Shown here in pieces: positions 1 through 11,061 of a DNA stretch of 64,000 nt; position 1 is the first letter of the stretch, and every line of letters begins with the position of its first letter. The position numbers were made by a program, and so were the translations under genes. This DNA comes from Acidiferrobacterales bacterium. GTDB taxonomy: Bacteria > Pseudomonadota > Gammaproteobacteria > Acidiferrobacterales > SPGG2. The DNA is taken from the NCBI GenBank assembly GCA_046759385.1, contig JBHICC010000003.1, positions 11,380-75,379 of the forward strand. Reading direction: 5' to 3'. The notes below the pieces were generated by a model. The model made no database searches, had not been told where the DNA came from, and saw only the letters and a program-made list of their open reading frames with translations.

Positions 1-127
1 ATATGCCTGCAATCAAGAACACCAGCAGCGCCGCCTCGTAGTTTCGCGCATCGAGGACCAAAATGAACACGGGCACGAGCGCAATCCGCAGCAACGTGAT
101 CGCGTTAGGCAAATAGTAAAGGTTCAT
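1..127 (-). CDS. CDP-alcohol phosphatidyltransferase family protein, N-terminal fragment (gene continues beyond the window start)
   Basis: Not in the ORF track. My reverse-strand translation from ATG at 127-125 gives MNLYYLPNAITLLRIALVPVFILVLDARNYEAALLVFLIAGI. The (L)PNxITxxRxxxxP opening is typical of PgsA-like enzymes. Divergent from purM. Confidence 0.5.
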   Translation of the reverse strand, partial: MNLYYLPNAITLLRIALVPVFILVLDARNYEAALLVFLIAGI

Positions 128-282
128 TGCGCGCTCTTTATTGTTGAACGAGGCGGGCAAAACCGCCGGTCGAAACCACATATCAGCAAATGGTCCGCAC
201 GCTATGCAAGCCTATCCGTGAAGTCAAGGTTTACACTAATCGGGCAGAACCCTACCATAGGCGGCGTCTCACGGAGCCTTGT

Positions 283-1326
283 GTGAGCGAATCGCAGAAA
301 GACCCTCTTACCTATCGTCAGGCTGGCGTCGACATTGACGCGGCCGACGCCTTGTTGCAGGCGATCAAACCCATCGCCCAGAGCACATCGCGCCCTGGTG
401 TCCTTGGCGAGTTGGGCGGGTTCGGCGGCTGCTTCAAGCTGCCGATGGACCGCTATCAGGAGCCCGTGCTGGTTGCGAGCACGGATGGCGTCGGTACCAA
501 GCTGAAACTCGCATTCGAACTCAAGCAGCACGGTACTGTCGGTATCGACCTCGTCGCCATGTGTGCGAATGACCTTATCGTTCAGGGCGCGGAACCGCTT
601 TTCTTCCTGGATTACCTCGCTACCGGCCACCTCGACACGCACGTCGCGACCGCCGTAATCGAAGGAATTGCAGATGGCTGTCGGCAGGCGGGTATGGCGT
701 TGATCGGCGGCGAGACCGCGGAAATGCCCGGGTTTTATCAGGCATCGGACTACGACTTGGCGGGCTTCGCCGTCGGCGTCGTGGAGCGCGCCGCGATCAT
801 CGACGGATCAGCCGTAACCACCGACGACGTGCTCGTGGGCCTCGCTTCCAGCGGACCGCACGCCAATGGCTATTCGTTGATCCGCAAGATTCTTGAAACC
901 AATCAGGTCCCTCTCCACACTGCTTTCGGAAACAGCACTCTTGGCGATGTGTTGCTCACGCCGACCCGAATATACAGTGCGCCAGTGCTGCGTTTGATCC
1001 AAACGGTGCCAGTACACGGGCTTGCGCACATTACCGGCGGTGGTTTCCTCGGTAACCTGCCGCGTGTTTTGCCCCGGGGTATCAGTGCAGTCATCGACGC
1101 AGATGCCTGGGAACGGCCAGAAATCTTCGACTGGTTACAAGACACCGGTAGCATCGGCGATTTTGAGATGTATCGCACGTTTAACTGTGGTGTCGGTATG
1201 GTGCTAATCTTGCCAGAAGCGGAGGTGGACGTGGCGATAGCCTGTCTAAAACAGGCCGGTGAAACCGCTGTCGTCATCGGTCGCACCTGCCCGCAAGCCG
1301 GCGAAGAACGAGTACGCTTACGATGA
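283..1326 (+). CDS. purM: phosphoribosylformylglycinamidine cyclo-ligase (AIR synthetase)
   Basis: ORF 190..1326. Motifs [14 protein letters not shown] and [12 protein letters not shown] are present. The first ~31 codons look non-native; an in-frame GTG at 283 ([17 protein letters not shown]) gives a typical PurM N-terminus. 4-nt ATGA overlap with purN. Confidence 0.93.
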   Translation: MSESQKDPLTYRQAGVDIDAADALLQAIKPIAQSTSRPGVLGELGGFGGCFKLPMDRYQEPVLVASTDGVGTKLKLAFELKQHGTVGIDLVAMCANDLIVQGAEPLFFLDYLATGHLDTHVATAVIEGIADGCRQAGMALIGGETAEMPGFYQASDYDLAGFAVGVVERAAIIDGSAVTTDDVLVGLASSGPHANGYSLIRKILETNQVPLHTAFGNSTLGDVLLTPTRIYSAPVLRLIQTVPVHGLAHITGGGFLGNLPRVLPRGISAVIDADAWERPEIFDWLQDTGSIGDFEMYRTFNCGVGMVLILPEAEVDVAIACLKQAGETAVVIGRTCPQAGEERVRLR

Positions 1327-1994
1327 ATACGTCTTCGTTGCCTATTGTCATTCTGATCTCGGGGCGCGGTAGCAATCTACAAAGCATTATCGATCAGGCG
1401 CAGACGGGTCAGTTACCCATCGAGATCCGCGCTGTCATTAGCAATGAGCCCGATGCCTTCGGCTTAGAGCGCGCCCGCCGTGCCGGCATCGCCGCCGAGG
1501 TGTTCGAACACAGGCGGTTTCCTACACGCGATGCCTATGACGCCGCACTGATGGCCCGTATCGACCGTTATGCACCCGAGCTTGTGGTGCTCGCGGGCTT
1601 TATGCGCATCCTCGGCAGAGCATTCGTGAACCATTACGCAGGGCGGCTGATGAACATTCACCCCTCGCTACTGCCCCAATTCCCGGGGTTACACACACAT
1701 GAGCGCGCAATCGAAAGCCGCGTCAAGCAGCACGGCGCAAGCGTGCACTTCGTGACGCCCGACCTGGATTCGGGCCCCCTTGTTATTCAGGCGCCGATTG
1801 CAGTCTACCCCGACGACACACCGGACGTATTGGCTGATCGAGTTCTTGAGCAGGAGCACCGCATTTATCCCCAGGCGATTCGGTGGTTCGCCGAGGGACG
1901 TTTAAGCGTGAAAGGCGGACGGGTCTTGCTCGACGGCGAGCAACGACCGGAGCAGGGCCTGGTGGCGGCGCGCGAAACCGCGCTGACTAACTAG
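1323..1994 (+). CDS. purN: phosphoribosylglycinamide formyltransferase
   Basis: Motifs [16 protein letters not shown] and [13 protein letters not shown] (GART signature). Coupled to purM. Confidence 0.93.
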   Translation: MNTSSLPIVILISGRGSNLQSIIDQAQTGQLPIEIRAVISNEPDAFGLERARRAGIAAEVFEHRRFPTRDAYDAALMARIDRYAPELVVLAGFMRILGRAFVNHYAGRLMNIHPSLLPQFPGLHTHERAIESRVKQHGASVHFVTPDLDSGPLVIQAPIAVYPDDTPDVLADRVLEQEHRIYPQAIRWFAEGRLSVKGGRVLLDGEQRPEQGLVAARETALTN

Positions 1995-2020
1995 TGTCCA
2001 ACGCTCACGCGGCTATCAAG

Positions 2021-2497
2021 TTAGGGCCTGGGTATCGGTAGCTGGCCGGTGCGTCGATACGTAAGATAGTCTCCAAGAATTTTTGCATGATCGAAGGCGA
2101 GATCGCCGGGTAACGCCTCAGTAGCAAAGATCCCTAGGGCCTTGGCATCGTCCTGTGCGCATGGCTGCCCATGAGCCTCAGCCAGATAGACGATCGTCGC
2201 CGTGTGACGGCGTGGATCACGTGTCGGATCTGAGTAGCAGCCGAGCAACGCCTTAAGTCGCACGTCGAGCGCTGTTTCCTCCCGGGCTTCACGCACGGCG
2301 GCGGCCTCTACGGTTTCGCCCACGTCCACGAATCCGCCGGGTAAGGCCCAGCCCAACGGAGGAAACTTGCGTCGAATCAGCACAATCGGGCGAGCACGCT
2401 CATCAATCAGCTCGATGATCGTATCGACCGTTAACGACGGAGTGACCGGCGCCGACAAGCTCACACCTCCGCTTGTGACACGCGTTGACGGCAGCAC
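2021..2497 (-). CDS. NUDIX hydrolase
   Basis: Nudix box [24 protein letters not shown] (GX5EX7REUXEEXGU). Confidence 0.8.
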   Translation of the reverse strand: MLPSTRVTSGGVSLSAPVTPSLTVDTIIELIDERARPIVLIRRKFPPLGWALPGGFVDVGETVEAAAVREAREETALDVRLKALLGCYSDPTRDPRRHTATIVYLAEAHGQPCAQDDAKALGIFATEALPGDLAFDHAKILGDYLTYRRTGQLPIPRP

Positions 2498-2658
2498 GGG
2501 TTCACGTCTTGGGACGATCCGTCTACAATAGTCAGTGTCCCGGTGGATGCGCTGTGGCCAACCCGAATTAAGGCAATAGTAAAGGAATAGTTTTCTTCCA
2601 CTGGTTGTGGATATACTGACAAAAATCCACGGAATCGCACAAGCGAAATAATCTGCTC

Positions 2659-3852
2659 ATGTTTGACGGTTTACTTATCCTACCCTGGTGGGGTTATATC
2701 ATTGCCGCGCTCACCCTGACTCATATTACGATTGCCAGCATTACCATCTTTCTCCACCGCCATCAGTCACACAAAGCGCTTGATCTGCATCCGGTGGCGA
2801 GCCATTTTTTCCGCTTCTGGCTCTGGCTTACTACTGGCACAATCACCAAGCAATGGGTAGCGGTGCATCGCAAACATCACGCGAACGTCGAAGGGCCTGA
2901 CGATCCACACAGTCCGCAGCAAGTTGGTATCAACCAAGTACTGTGGCTCGGCGTCTTGCTTTACCGGGCTGAAGCGAGCAAGCGCCGAACGTTGGAGAAG
3001 TATGGTCACGGTACACCTGATGACTGGCTCGAACGCAACGTCTATACCCCGATGGAGTGGCACGGCGTTTTCTTAATGCTCGGAATCGATGTGTTGCTGT
3101 TTGGTGTTGTTGCAGGCCCGCTAATCTGGCTAGTTCAGATGGTATGGCAGCCGTTCTGGGCGGCGGGGGTGATTAACGGTCTCGGGCATTGGTGGGGGTA
3201 TCGGAATTATGAACTCAAGGATGCGAGCACCAATATCGTTCCTTGGGCTTTCTTTATCGGTGGCGAGGAGCTGCACAACAATCACCACACCTATCCGAGC
3301 TCGGCCAAGTTTTCGACCCAGTGGTGGGAGTTCGATTTAGGTTGGGTATATGTTCGGCTGCTGCAGGCATTCGGGCTAGCAACGGTGAAGAAGGTGCCGC
3401 CCAGACCGGCCTTTAACCCCGATAAGCAGGTTTGCGACTTGGAGACGGTTAAAGCCGTACTGGCAAATCGCTTCCAGGTGATGGCAGGGTTCGCACGCGA
3501 GGTCTTGCAACGTGTGTATCGCGAGGAACTTAAGAAAACGAGCCCAGCAGATCAGGAGGACTGGCTACTCCTGAAGCGCACGAGGCGACTGATGGCGCGT
3601 GAGGCAAGTCTGCTCGACGATGCGAGCCGCAAGTGGCTTGCTAAAGCACTAGAGCAGAATCAGTCTCTCGAGACCGTTTACGCCATGAAGCATAAGCTTC
3701 AGGCCATCTGGCAACGTTCATCGTCCACACACGAACCGTTATTACTGGCACTCGACGAGTGGTGCAGGCAGGCCGAAGCCACGGGTATTCAGGCGCTACG
3801 TGATTTTTCCCGCAAACTGCGAACCTACTCGCTCGCACCCGCACACGCGTAG
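2659..3852 (+). CDS. desA: membrane fatty-acid (phospholipid delta-9-type) desaturase, DesA-like
   Basis: Three His boxes: HRHQSH, HRKHH, HNNHH. N-terminal TM segments. Length and C-terminal tail (…IQALRDFSRKLRTYSL) match my memory of Pseudomonas DesA. Confidence 0.8.
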   Translation: MFDGLLILPWWGYIIAALTLTHITIASITIFLHRHQSHKALDLHPVASHFFRFWLWLTTGTITKQWVAVHRKHHANVEGPDDPHSPQQVGINQVLWLGVLLYRAEASKRRTLEKYGHGTPDDWLERNVYTPMEWHGVFLMLGIDVLLFGVVAGPLIWLVQMVWQPFWAAGVINGLGHWWGYRNYELKDASTNIVPWAFFIGGEELHNNHHTYPSSAKFSTQWWEFDLGWVYVRLLQAFGLATVKKVPPRPAFNPDKQVCDLETVKAVLANRFQVMAGFAREVLQRVYREELKKTSPADQEDWLLLKRTRRLMAREASLLDDASRKWLAKALEQNQSLETVYAMKHKLQAIWQRSSSTHEPLLLALDEWCRQAEATGIQALRDFSRKLRTYSLAPAHA

Positions 3853-3894
3853 CGTCACTGCCCCCCGCAATGAATCACGGCGCGGACGACAGGT

Positions 3895-4494
3895 CTAAAT
3901 AAGCTGAGAGATGCGTTTGTGCAGCGGGCTCGTGCGGGGGAAGTGGGCCAGTAGAAACTCCATCTGATCGGCCAATACCCGTTTGCCCTGAAGGAATACA
4001 TACTCGGCGTGCGTCGGCACGAACGGTACCGCGAGCAGTTCAACGCTCGCGGCCTCGGGTGTCAGCCCGGCCTTGTGGTTATTACAGCGCCTGCATGCGG
4101 TAACGACATTATTCCAGGTATCGGTGCCCCCCATGCTCAGCGGCTTGATATGGTCACGCGACAAGTCGCGCGCTGGAAACCGCCCGCCACAGTACATGCA
4201 CAAGTACGCGTCGCGCGCAAACAGCGCCTGATTACTAAGTGGGGGAATGTAGTGCTCGCGTGCCTTCAGCAGCGCGTGTGTGTTGCCGTATGTGGCGACA
4301 ATGCTGTTGACGTCGACGACGCTACGCAACCCGCTTACTGCGTTATGGCCGCCGTGGATCCTATACAAGAGTACACCGCAGGTATAGGCGACCTGCCCCA
4401 AGTGGTACGCGCGAACCGCATCCCTGAAATGGACCCATTCAAGCGGCATACCCGATACGTCGGTTCGCAATACCTGTTGGCTTAATGCATACAC
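3895..4494 (-). CDS. HNH endonuclease family protein
   Basis: HNH/Zn motif: CMYCGG…DHIKPLSMGGTDTWNNVVTACRRCNNHK. Confidence 0.75.
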   Translation of the reverse strand: MYALSQQVLRTDVSGMPLEWVHFRDAVRAYHLGQVAYTCGVLLYRIHGGHNAVSGLRSVVDVNSIVATYGNTHALLKAREHYIPPLSNQALFARDAYLCMYCGGRFPARDLSRDHIKPLSMGGTDTWNNVVTACRRCNNHKAGLTPEAASVELLAVPFVPTHAEYVFLQGKRVLADQMEFLLAHFPRTSPLHKRISQLI

Positions 4495-4622
4495 GGCAAA
4501 AACCTGAAACCAACTACAGCCTTCGACGCGCTATTTATGCCAGAAAAACAACCAGTTGTACATACCCCGGGCGGCGGAAGCTCGCCGGGATTCAGGTAAA
4601 CGATAGTTCCCTTGCGAGCAAG

Positions 4623-4643
4623 AAAAAACCCGGCGCAGCCGGG
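4623..4643 (-). terminator. rho-independent terminator of rpmB-rpmG
   Basis: On the minus strand, stem GCCCGGC/GCCGGGT (plus-strand cccggc-gca-gccggg, 4629-4643) is followed by T6 (plus-strand A-run 4623-4628). It lies 30 nt after the rpmG stop. Confidence 0.6.
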
Positions 4644-4673
4644 CTTGTTCCAGTCCCGCATCGTGATTACCGG

Positions 4674-4835
4674 TTACTTGATCTTCGCCTCTTTATAGAT
4701 CACGTGCTTTCGGGCCACGGGGTCGAACTTCTTGATCTCTAGCTTGTCAGGGGTTTTGCGTTTGTTCTTAGTCGTCGTGTAAAAGTGCCCCGTATCAGCA
4801 CTCGAAACCAACCTGATCTTTTCCCGCACTGCCAT
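4674..4835 (-). CDS. rpmG: 50S ribosomal protein L33
   Basis: Below the ORF-track size cut-off. My translation: [53 protein letters not shown]. Lies directly downstream of rpmB. Confidence 0.9.
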   Translation of the reverse strand: MAVREKIRLVSSADTGHFYTTTKNKRKTPDKLEIKKFDPVARKHVIYKEAKIK

Positions 4836-4852
4836 GACTCAGCCTCCGCCGT

Positions 4853-5089
4853 TCAGATCTTCTCGCCGCGCGCGCGCATATTCGCTAACACCGCATCGAT
4901 GCCTTTCTTGTCGATAATACGTAACCCTTTCTTGGATAGCCGTAGCTTCACCCAGCGTTTTTCACTCTCCACCCACAGGCGACGCTCGTGTAGATTGGGC
5001 AGGAAACGTCGCCTGGTCTTATTATTCGCATGCGACACATTATTCCCACTCATGGGGCGCTTGCCCGTTACCTGACAAACCTTAGCCAC
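4853..5089 (-). CDS. rpmB: 50S ribosomal protein L28
   Basis: [33 protein letters not shown]… is a canonical L28 sequence. Confidence 0.95.
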   Translation of the reverse strand: MAKVCQVTGKRPMSGNNVSHANNKTRRRFLPNLHERRLWVESEKRWVKLRLSKKGLRIIDKKGIDAVLANMRARGEKI

Positions 5090-5296
5090 TGTACACTCCA
5101 GAAACGTCCAACGCGTACGGAAAAACTAGCATCCTTAGCACCGAGTGCAACACGCAAGTACACCGCGCTCGAGGGCGAGTTTATACCAAAATCAGCGAGC
5201 GCTGTCAGCGCGATCAGCTGCTCATTCCACCTACCCACTCCGCACCCTTGATTCGCTTTCCCTCCCCCGTCCGGGGGACAGCCAGGGAGGGGGCGG

Positions 5297-5973
5297 TCAG
5301 AGCAAACCGCGCTCGCTGAACGACACCGTCTGCCTGTCACCCACAATCAGATGATCGAGCAGCCGCACATCGATGAGCGTGAAGGCCTCCTTCAGCCGAG
5401 CAGTAAGGACCTCGTCGGCCTGACTTGGCTCAGCCACCGCCGAGGGATGATTGTGTGCCAGAATCACGGCCGCAGCGTTGGGAAAAAAAGCGCCCGTTTG
5501 ACCACTTCGCGTGCGTAAACCGCTGTCCCATTGATCGTGCCGTTGAACAGTTCCTCGAAAGCGAGCACGCGGTGGCGATTGTCGAGGAACAGGCAACAAA
5601 ACACCTCGTGTTCGCGGTCGCGCAACCGCGCCCGAAGATAACGTCTCGTATCTTCGGGTGAGGACAGGACATCACTGCGCTTCAACGCCTCACCAAGATG
5701 GCGGCGGCTCATTTCCAATGCAGCCTGCAACTGGACGTACTTCGCCTCGCCGAGCCCGGGGGTGGCGCAAAACGCGTCGCGGCTCGCGCCCAGCAGACCC
5801 CGCAAGGTGCTAAATCGCTGCAGCAGATCGCGCGCCAGGTCGACTGCGGTTTTGCCGGCCACGCCCGTTCGCAGAAAAATAGCCAAAAGCTCCGCATCCG
5901 ACAACGCTTCTGGCCCTCTTTGTAGTAGTTTCTCTCGCGGTCGCTCGTTGGCAGGCCAGTTATTGATGGCCAT
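5297..5973 (-). pseudogene. radC: RadC-family (JAB/MPN) protein, reading frame broken at a homopolymer
   Basis: The N-terminal part is in ORF 5464..5991 ([17 protein letters not shown]…, likely start 5973). The C-terminal JAB part with the AHNHPS motif is in ORF 5297..5599. The two frames meet at a plus-strand A7 run (5483-5489). One extra base would give …[20 protein letters not shown]…. Confidence 0.8.
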
Positions 5974-6028
5974 CGCACACCCCCGTCGCATTTGTCTCGG
6001 GCGCTCAACGCCAAGTAAACTCTATCAT

Positions 6029-7261
6029 ATGGGTTCGCTCGTGAATAAACGCGTTGTACTGGGCGTGACGGGCGGGATCGCAGCCTACAAGAGCGCCGAC
6101 CTTGCACGTCGGCTGCGTGATGCGGGTGCCGAGGTTCGCGCCGTAATGACGCAGGCCGCCACGGAGTTCATTACACCGTTGACAATGCAGGCTGTAAGCG
6201 CCAACCCGGTGCACCTGCACATGCTCGATCCCGAAGCCGAGAGCGGTATGGGTCATATCGAGCTCGCCCGCTGGGCCGACGTGGTGTTGATCGCTCCGGC
6301 TAGCGCCAACTTCGTTGCCAAGCTAGCGCAAGGTCGGGCCGACGATTTGCTCAGTACGATTTGTCTCGCCAGCAAGGCGCCGGTAGCGATCGCACCGGCG
6401 ATGAATCAGCAGATGTGGGAAAACGCAGCGACCGAGGGCAATCTTGCGACGGTCACAAAGAACGGCGTTCGCGTGTTCGGTCCCGCGGCAGGTGACCAGG
6501 CCTGTGGCGAAATCGGACCTGGCCGCATGCTTGAGCCGGTCGAGATTGTGACGCTCGCCAGCGAACTGTTCGCGACCGGCATCCTCGACGGGCTGCATGT
6601 GATCGTTACGGCGGGACCGACCTGGGAGCCGATCGATCCGGTGCGGGGGATTAGCAATCGTAGCTCCGGAAAGATGGGTTACGCAGTAGCCGAGGCCGCT
6701 GTCGAGGCCGGGGCACGTGTAATCTTGATTACGGGTCCGACCACATTGATGCCACCCGAACACGTTACTCTCGTCCGAATCATGACCGCGCAGGAAATGT
6801 ATGATGCGGTCCACGCGAACGTACGCGACGCCGAAATATTCATCGGCGTAGCGGCAGTCTGCGACTACCGCCCTGTTGAAACTGTTCCCAAGAAAATCAA
6901 AAAAACGTCGGAAACCTTGAATGTCAAACTCCTTAAGACGCCAGATGTGCTAGCAAGCGTCGCCGCATTGTCGCCCGGACCGTTTACTGTCGGTTTTGCG
7001 GCAGAAACGAATGACCTCGAAGCGCACGCGCGTAAGAAACTTGTCGACAAACAGGTGGATCTCGTTGCCGCCAATGACGTGAGCGGTGCTGATCGCGGAT
7101 TCGAGGCCGACCAGAATCGGCTGTTGCTAATCGACCGGAAGGGAACCGTCGAGTTACCGCTGCAATACAAGTCACAGCTCGCGCGTGCGCTCATTCAACA
7201 TATCGGCGAGAGATACCATGCAAAAGGTGCAGCTCAGGATTCTCGATACGCGCATCGGTAA
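6029..7261 (+). CDS. coaBC: bifunctional phosphopantothenoylcysteine decarboxylase / phosphopantothenate-cysteine ligase
   Basis: ORF 5762..7261 is over-extended. The conserved N-terminus [22 protein letters not shown] starts at ATG 6029. The CoaB half carries …GFAAET…. Divergent from radC as in many gammaproteobacteria. Confidence 0.92.
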   Translation: MGSLVNKRVVLGVTGGIAAYKSADLARRLRDAGAEVRAVMTQAATEFITPLTMQAVSANPVHLHMLDPEAESGMGHIELARWADVVLIAPASANFVAKLAQGRADDLLSTICLASKAPVAIAPAMNQQMWENAATEGNLATVTKNGVRVFGPAAGDQACGEIGPGRMLEPVEIVTLASELFATGILDGLHVIVTAGPTWEPIDPVRGISNRSSGKMGYAVAEAAVEAGARVILITGPTTLMPPEHVTLVRIMTAQEMYDAVHANVRDAEIFIGVAAVCDYRPVETVPKKIKKTSETLNVKLLKTPDVLASVAALSPGPFTVGFAAETNDLEAHARKKLVDKQVDLVAANDVSGADRGFEADQNRLLLIDRKGTVELPLQYKSQLARALIQHIGERYHAKGAAQDSRYAHR

Positions 7262-7673
7262 ACAGTTCCCGCTACCCAGCTACGCCACCGACGGCTCGGC
7301 CGGTTTGGACCTGATTGCCTGCATCGACGAGCATATGCGCGTCGAGCCCGGGGAGGCTCATCTGGTGCCCACTGGCATCGCGATTCATATCGCGGACCCA
7401 AAGGTAGCCGCCGTCTTGTTACCGCGCTCCGGGCTGGGCCACAAGCATGGCATTGTTTTGGGCAATCTCATTGGCCTCATTGACTCTGACTATCAGGGAC
7501 AGGTGTTTGTTTCCTGTTGGAACCGGGGTCAACAGCGCTTCGTCATCGAACCAGGCGACCGCATCGCCCAGATGGTGTTCGTACCTATCGTTCACGCGGA
7601 CTTCGATGTGGTGGACGACTTCACGCAAAGCCATCGTGGCGATGGCGGCTTCGGCCACACGGGCCGCAAGTAA
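7218..7673 (+). CDS. dut: dUTP diphosphatase
   Basis: [32 protein letters not shown] and GLIDSDYQG motifs. Start taken at the internal ATG 7218 of ORF 7185..7673. Overlaps the coaBC tail by 44 nt. Confidence 0.93.
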   Translation: MQKVQLRILDTRIGKQFPLPSYATDGSAGLDLIACIDEHMRVEPGEAHLVPTGIAIHIADPKVAAVLLPRSGLGHKHGIVLGNLIGLIDSDYQGQVFVSCWNRGQQRFVIEPGDRIAQMVFVPIVHADFDVVDDFTQSHRGDGGFGHTGRK

Positions 7674-7709
7674 TTTCGGCGTAAGTAATCTTCAGAGGAA
7701 AGTTCTGCA

Positions 7710-9119
7710 ATGTCTTTAGCTGAAAGCGGTGGCGTCAGTGCAACAATCCCATCTGAAATTTTCAAGGCGTACGATATTCGCGGGGTCGTTGAGACGACTC
7801 TGACGCCCACCATTGTCGAGCGCGTTGGCCATGCGCTCGGTAGTGAAGCACGTGCCCGCAATCAATCGAAAGTAGCGGTGGGTCGCGATGGCAGGCTGTC
7901 CGGCCCTGCGTTGGTCGACGCACTCAACCGCGGTCTGACTCGAGCCGGTTGTGACGTAATCGACATTGGTATGGTACCAACACCTATGCTGTATTTTGCG
8001 ACGTATCACTTGGAGACCCATTCAGGTGTCAGTGTCACCGGCAGTCATAATCCGCCTGAGTACAACGGGCTGAAGATGATGCTTGCCGGAGAGACACTCG
8101 CTGCAGAGGCGATTCAGGATTTACGCCGACGTTTGCATGAGAATGACCTCGTTAACGGCAATGGCGAAATTAGTAGGACCGTCCTGAACGAAGCATATCT
8201 CAATCGGATTACTTCTGATGTCAAGCTTATACGGCCTATGAGAGTAATCGTGGACTGTGGCAACGGTGTCGCCGGGTCAGTGGCACCGGAGCTGCTGCGC
8301 CGCCTCGGTTGTGAGGTCGATGAACTCTATTGTGAGGTCGACGGCCACTTTCCGAATCACCACCCTGATCCCGGTCAGCCGAAAAACCTGCAAGATCTCA
8401 TTGCTGCGGTAAGAAAACAGCCAGTCGATCTCGGTATCGCCTTCGATGGTGACGGCGACCGGCTGGGCGTAATCTCGCCGGACGGCAACATCATCTGGCC
8501 TGATCGCCAATTGATGCTGTTTGCGCGAGATGTTTTGTCACGCCACCCCGGCGCCGAGATTGTTTTTGACGTCAAAAGCTCGCGCGCGTTACAACATGTC
8601 ATCAGCGAAGCCGGCGGCAAGCCGGTTATCTGGAAGACTGGCCATTCACTTATCAAAGCCAAGCTCAGCACTTCGCCCAACGCCTTGTTGGCTGGTGAGA
8701 TGAGTGGACATGTGTTTCTTAAAGAACGTTGGTACGGATTCGATGACGCCCTCTATGCCGCTGCGAGGTTACTTGAGTTGATTTCGCAAGACAGTCGGCC
8801 ATCGGCGAAGATTTTTGCGAGCCTCCCTGACACAGTGAATACGCCTGAGCTACACGTGCACATGAAAAAGGAAGGGGAAAACCATGCCTTCATCAAGGAG
8901 CTTGTGAATCGCGCAGATTTTCCGGATGGAAAGGTAACGACTATCGACGGACTACGAGTCGATTTCCAGGACGGATTCGGGCTCGTGCGTGCATCCAACA
9001 CCCAGCCGATATTGGTACTGCGATTCGAGGGCACCAACCAGGCCGCCCTCAACCGCATTCAGGAAGCGTTTCGCAGCTTACTGGCAGCAATGCGCCCCGA
9101 CCTCGCGCTGCCGTTCTAG
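7710..9119 (+). CDS. algC: phosphomannomutase/phosphoglucomutase
   Basis: Active-site loop TGSHNPPEYNG, metal loop FDGDGDR, and GEMSGH. Position after dut matches the Pseudomonas-type locus. Confidence 0.88.
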   Translation: MSLAESGGVSATIPSEIFKAYDIRGVVETTLTPTIVERVGHALGSEARARNQSKVAVGRDGRLSGPALVDALNRGLTRAGCDVIDIGMVPTPMLYFATYHLETHSGVSVTGSHNPPEYNGLKMMLAGETLAAEAIQDLRRRLHENDLVNGNGEISRTVLNEAYLNRITSDVKLIRPMRVIVDCGNGVAGSVAPELLRRLGCEVDELYCEVDGHFPNHHPDPGQPKNLQDLIAAVRKQPVDLGIAFDGDGDRLGVISPDGNIIWPDRQLMLFARDVLSRHPGAEIVFDVKSSRALQHVISEAGGKPVIWKTGHSLIKAKLSTSPNALLAGEMSGHVFLKERWYGFDDALYAAARLLELISQDSRPSAKIFASLPDTVNTPELHVHMKKEGENHAFIKELVNRADFPDGKVTTIDGLRVDFQDGFGLVRASNTQPILVLRFEGTNQAALNRIQEAFRSLLAAMRPDLALPF

Positions 9120-9237
9120 CGTTTGTCGCGGTTCCGCCCGCCGATTTTTGAAGGACGCTCCGACACCAACCAAGACTAACTTCCGATGAGTCCGGTGGTT
9201 CATGCGGTGTCTTTGCCCGCGGGCGACTGAAGAACAG

Positions 9238-9804
9238 CTAGGTCTTGGGCAAGGTGACGCCAACTTGCCCCATATATTTGCCTCCACGCTCCTTGTAGGA
9301 GGTATCGCAGTCTTCGTCTGCCTCGAAGAAGATAACCTGGGCCACGCCCTCGTTCGCGTAGATCTTGGCTGGTAGCGGCGTGGTGTTGGAGAACTCCAAC
9401 GTCGCGTAACCTTCCCATTCGGGTTCAAAAGGTGTGACATTAACGATAATTCCGCAGCGCGCATAGGTGCTTTTGCCCAAGCAGATTGTGAGCACGTTGC
9501 GTGGGATCCGGAAATACTCGACGGTACGCGCCAGCGCAAAAGAGTTCGGCGGGATAATGCACACCTCGCCGCGAAAATCGACGAAGCTGCTATCATCAAA
9601 GTTCTTGGGATCGACCACAGCAGTGTTGATGTTGGTAAAAATCTTGAATTCCTCTGAACAGCGGATGTCATAGCCATAGCTCGAAGTCCCAAATGAAACA
9701 ACACGCTGGTCGTTTACCTTCTTCGTCTGACACGGCGCAAATGGCTCGATCATGCCGTGTTCGTTGGCCATACGCCGAATCCATCTATCCGATTTTATAG
9801 TCAT
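9238..9804 (-). CDS. dcd: dCTP deaminase
   Basis: [22 protein letters not shown]… is typical of Dcd. Start taken at the internal ATG (9804) of ORF 9238..9843. Confidence 0.92.
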   Translation of the reverse strand: MTIKSDRWIRRMANEHGMIEPFAPCQTKKVNDQRVVSFGTSSYGYDIRCSEEFKIFTNINTAVVDPKNFDDSSFVDFRGEVCIIPPNSFALARTVEYFRIPRNVLTICLGKSTYARCGIIVNVTPFEPEWEGYATLEFSNTTPLPAKIYANEGVAQVIFFEADEDCDTSYKERGGKYMGQVGVTLPKT

Positions 9805-9871
9805 TGGTTCACGAACTGTGAGGCGTGAGGAAAGGATGCGCATTGCCGCCTCACGTCTAACGCCCCATCCC

Positions 9872-10963
9872 TCACGTATTCTGAATAACGATATTAGGAA
9901 AGGCCGCGGTAAAGTCTTTCTTCTTGAGCGACTGCTTAGCTGCTACACGGCGTGCGATGTCGCGAAAGTTCTGACCGATCTGGCCATCAGGTTCAGCGAC
10001 GACAGTGGGCCGACCGCTGTCGGTTTCTTCCCGTATACGGACATCGAGCGGAATGGAGCCCAGCAATTCCACATCATACTGTTCAGCCATGCGCTGGCCA
10101 CCGCCCTTGCCAAAGATATACTCCTCATGACCACAGTTGCTGCAAATGTGTGTGCTCATGTTTTCGATGATACCAAGCACCGGTACCTCGACCTTCTCGA
10201 ACATCTTTAATCCTTTACGGGCATCAAGTAACGCGATGTCTTGGGGCGTGGTCACAATCACCGCCCCGCTAACCGGCACTCTTTGCGCTAAGGTGAGCTG
10301 AATGTCACCGGTGCCGGGAGGCAAATCGATAATGAGGTAATCGACATTGTCCCAGCGTGTGTCTTTGAGCAGTTGTTCCAGGGCCTGCGTTACCATCGGT
10401 CCACGCCAAATCATCGGCGTTTCTTCTTCGATGAGAAAACCGATGGACATGGTCTGAACGTGATAGCTGCGTAGCGGCTCTAAGGTACGGCCGTCCTTGG
10501 ACTGGGGTTTGGCTTTCACCCCGAGCATACGCGGCTGGCTGGGACCGTAGATATCGGCATCGAGCACGGCTGCGTTCGCGCCCTCAGCGGAAAGCGCTAG
10601 TGCCAAGTTCACGGCCACCGTAGACTTGCCAACTCCGCCCTTCCCCGATGCCACGGCGATCATGTTCTTCACGCCCTGCAGAGGACTCACTCCTTTCTGG
10701 ACGGCGTGCGTCGCGATCTGCGATGCAACGTTGATCGTCGCATCACTGACGCCGGATATCGCTGCTACTTTCTCTTTGAGCTGTCGCGCCAATTCTTGCT
10801 GCCAACCTTTTGCCGGATAGCCCAGGACTACGTCGACAACCACGTTGCCCCCGTCAACGGCAACCTTCTTGACTGCCTTAGCTGTCACCAAATCCTCTTT
10901 AAGGTAAGGATCAACGACCTTCTTCAGGGCGGCTTCTACCTGAAGCTGCGAAACGTCTGTCAT
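9872..10963 (-). CDS. apbC: Fe-S cluster carrier ATPase (Mrp/ApbC/NBP35 family)
   Basis: Deviant Walker [12 protein letters not shown]-terminal CxxC ([10 protein letters not shown]). N-terminal DUF59-like domain. Divergent from metG, the classic arrangement. Confidence 0.9.
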   Translation of the reverse strand: MTDVSQLQVEAALKKVVDPYLKEDLVTAKAVKKVAVDGGNVVVDVVLGYPAKGWQQELARQLKEKVAAISGVSDATINVASQIATHAVQKGVSPLQGVKNMIAVASGKGGVGKSTVAVNLALALSAEGANAAVLDADIYGPSQPRMLGVKAKPQSKDGRTLEPLRSYHVQTMSIGFLIEEETPMIWRGPMVTQALEQLLKDTRWDNVDYLIIDLPPGTGDIQLTLAQRVPVSGAVIVTTPQDIALLDARKGLKMFEKVEVPVLGIIENMSTHICSNCGHEEYIFGKGGGQRMAEQYDVELLGSIPLDVRIREETDSGRPTVVAEPDGQIGQNFRDIARRVAAKQSLKKKDFTAAFPNIVIQNT

Positions 10964-11061
10964 GGGCTATCCGTTATGCTCGTGCCGGGAGGCAAAATGC
11001 TACACTGTGCGTTTGTGAAAGTCATGCCGGTACGAGCGATCAAGCGATTTCCACAGTCTTC

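Noticed and set aside
190-282. Long N-terminal extensions in the ORF track (purM here; likewise coaBC 5762-6028, argG 19908-20111, dapA 43331-43567, pncB 51395-51559, the rSAM gene 15913-16197, the sugar dehydrogenase 43386-43514)
   Set aside because: In each case the extension overlaps a neighbouring gene or promoter region and lacks similarity to the family. A conserved N-terminus starts at an internal ATG or GTG.
2607-2630. GTGGAT-N12-ATCCAC inverted repeat upstream of desA as a possible operator
   Set aside because: The arms are only 6 bp and cannot be extended. This is readily expected by chance in a 160-bp spacer.
3895-4494. Stand-alone HNH endonuclease as a possible restriction/defence or homing element
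   Set aside because: No adjacent methyltransferase, integrase, repeats or compositional break that I can see. It sits between desA and the rpmBG operon like a core gene. There is no sequence evidence here for mobility.
7218-7261. 44-nt coaBC/dut overlap as a possible frameshift or fusion signal
   Set aside because: Both proteins are full-length and conserved in their own frames. The overlap comes only from a slightly extended CoaBC tail. There is no slippery sequence.
9078-9704. 208-aa minus-strand ORF overlapping dcd in another frame
   Set aside because: The dcd frame gives a canonical dCTP deaminase. This frame is Ser/Arg/Pro-rich and would also run across the algC-dcd convergent spacer.
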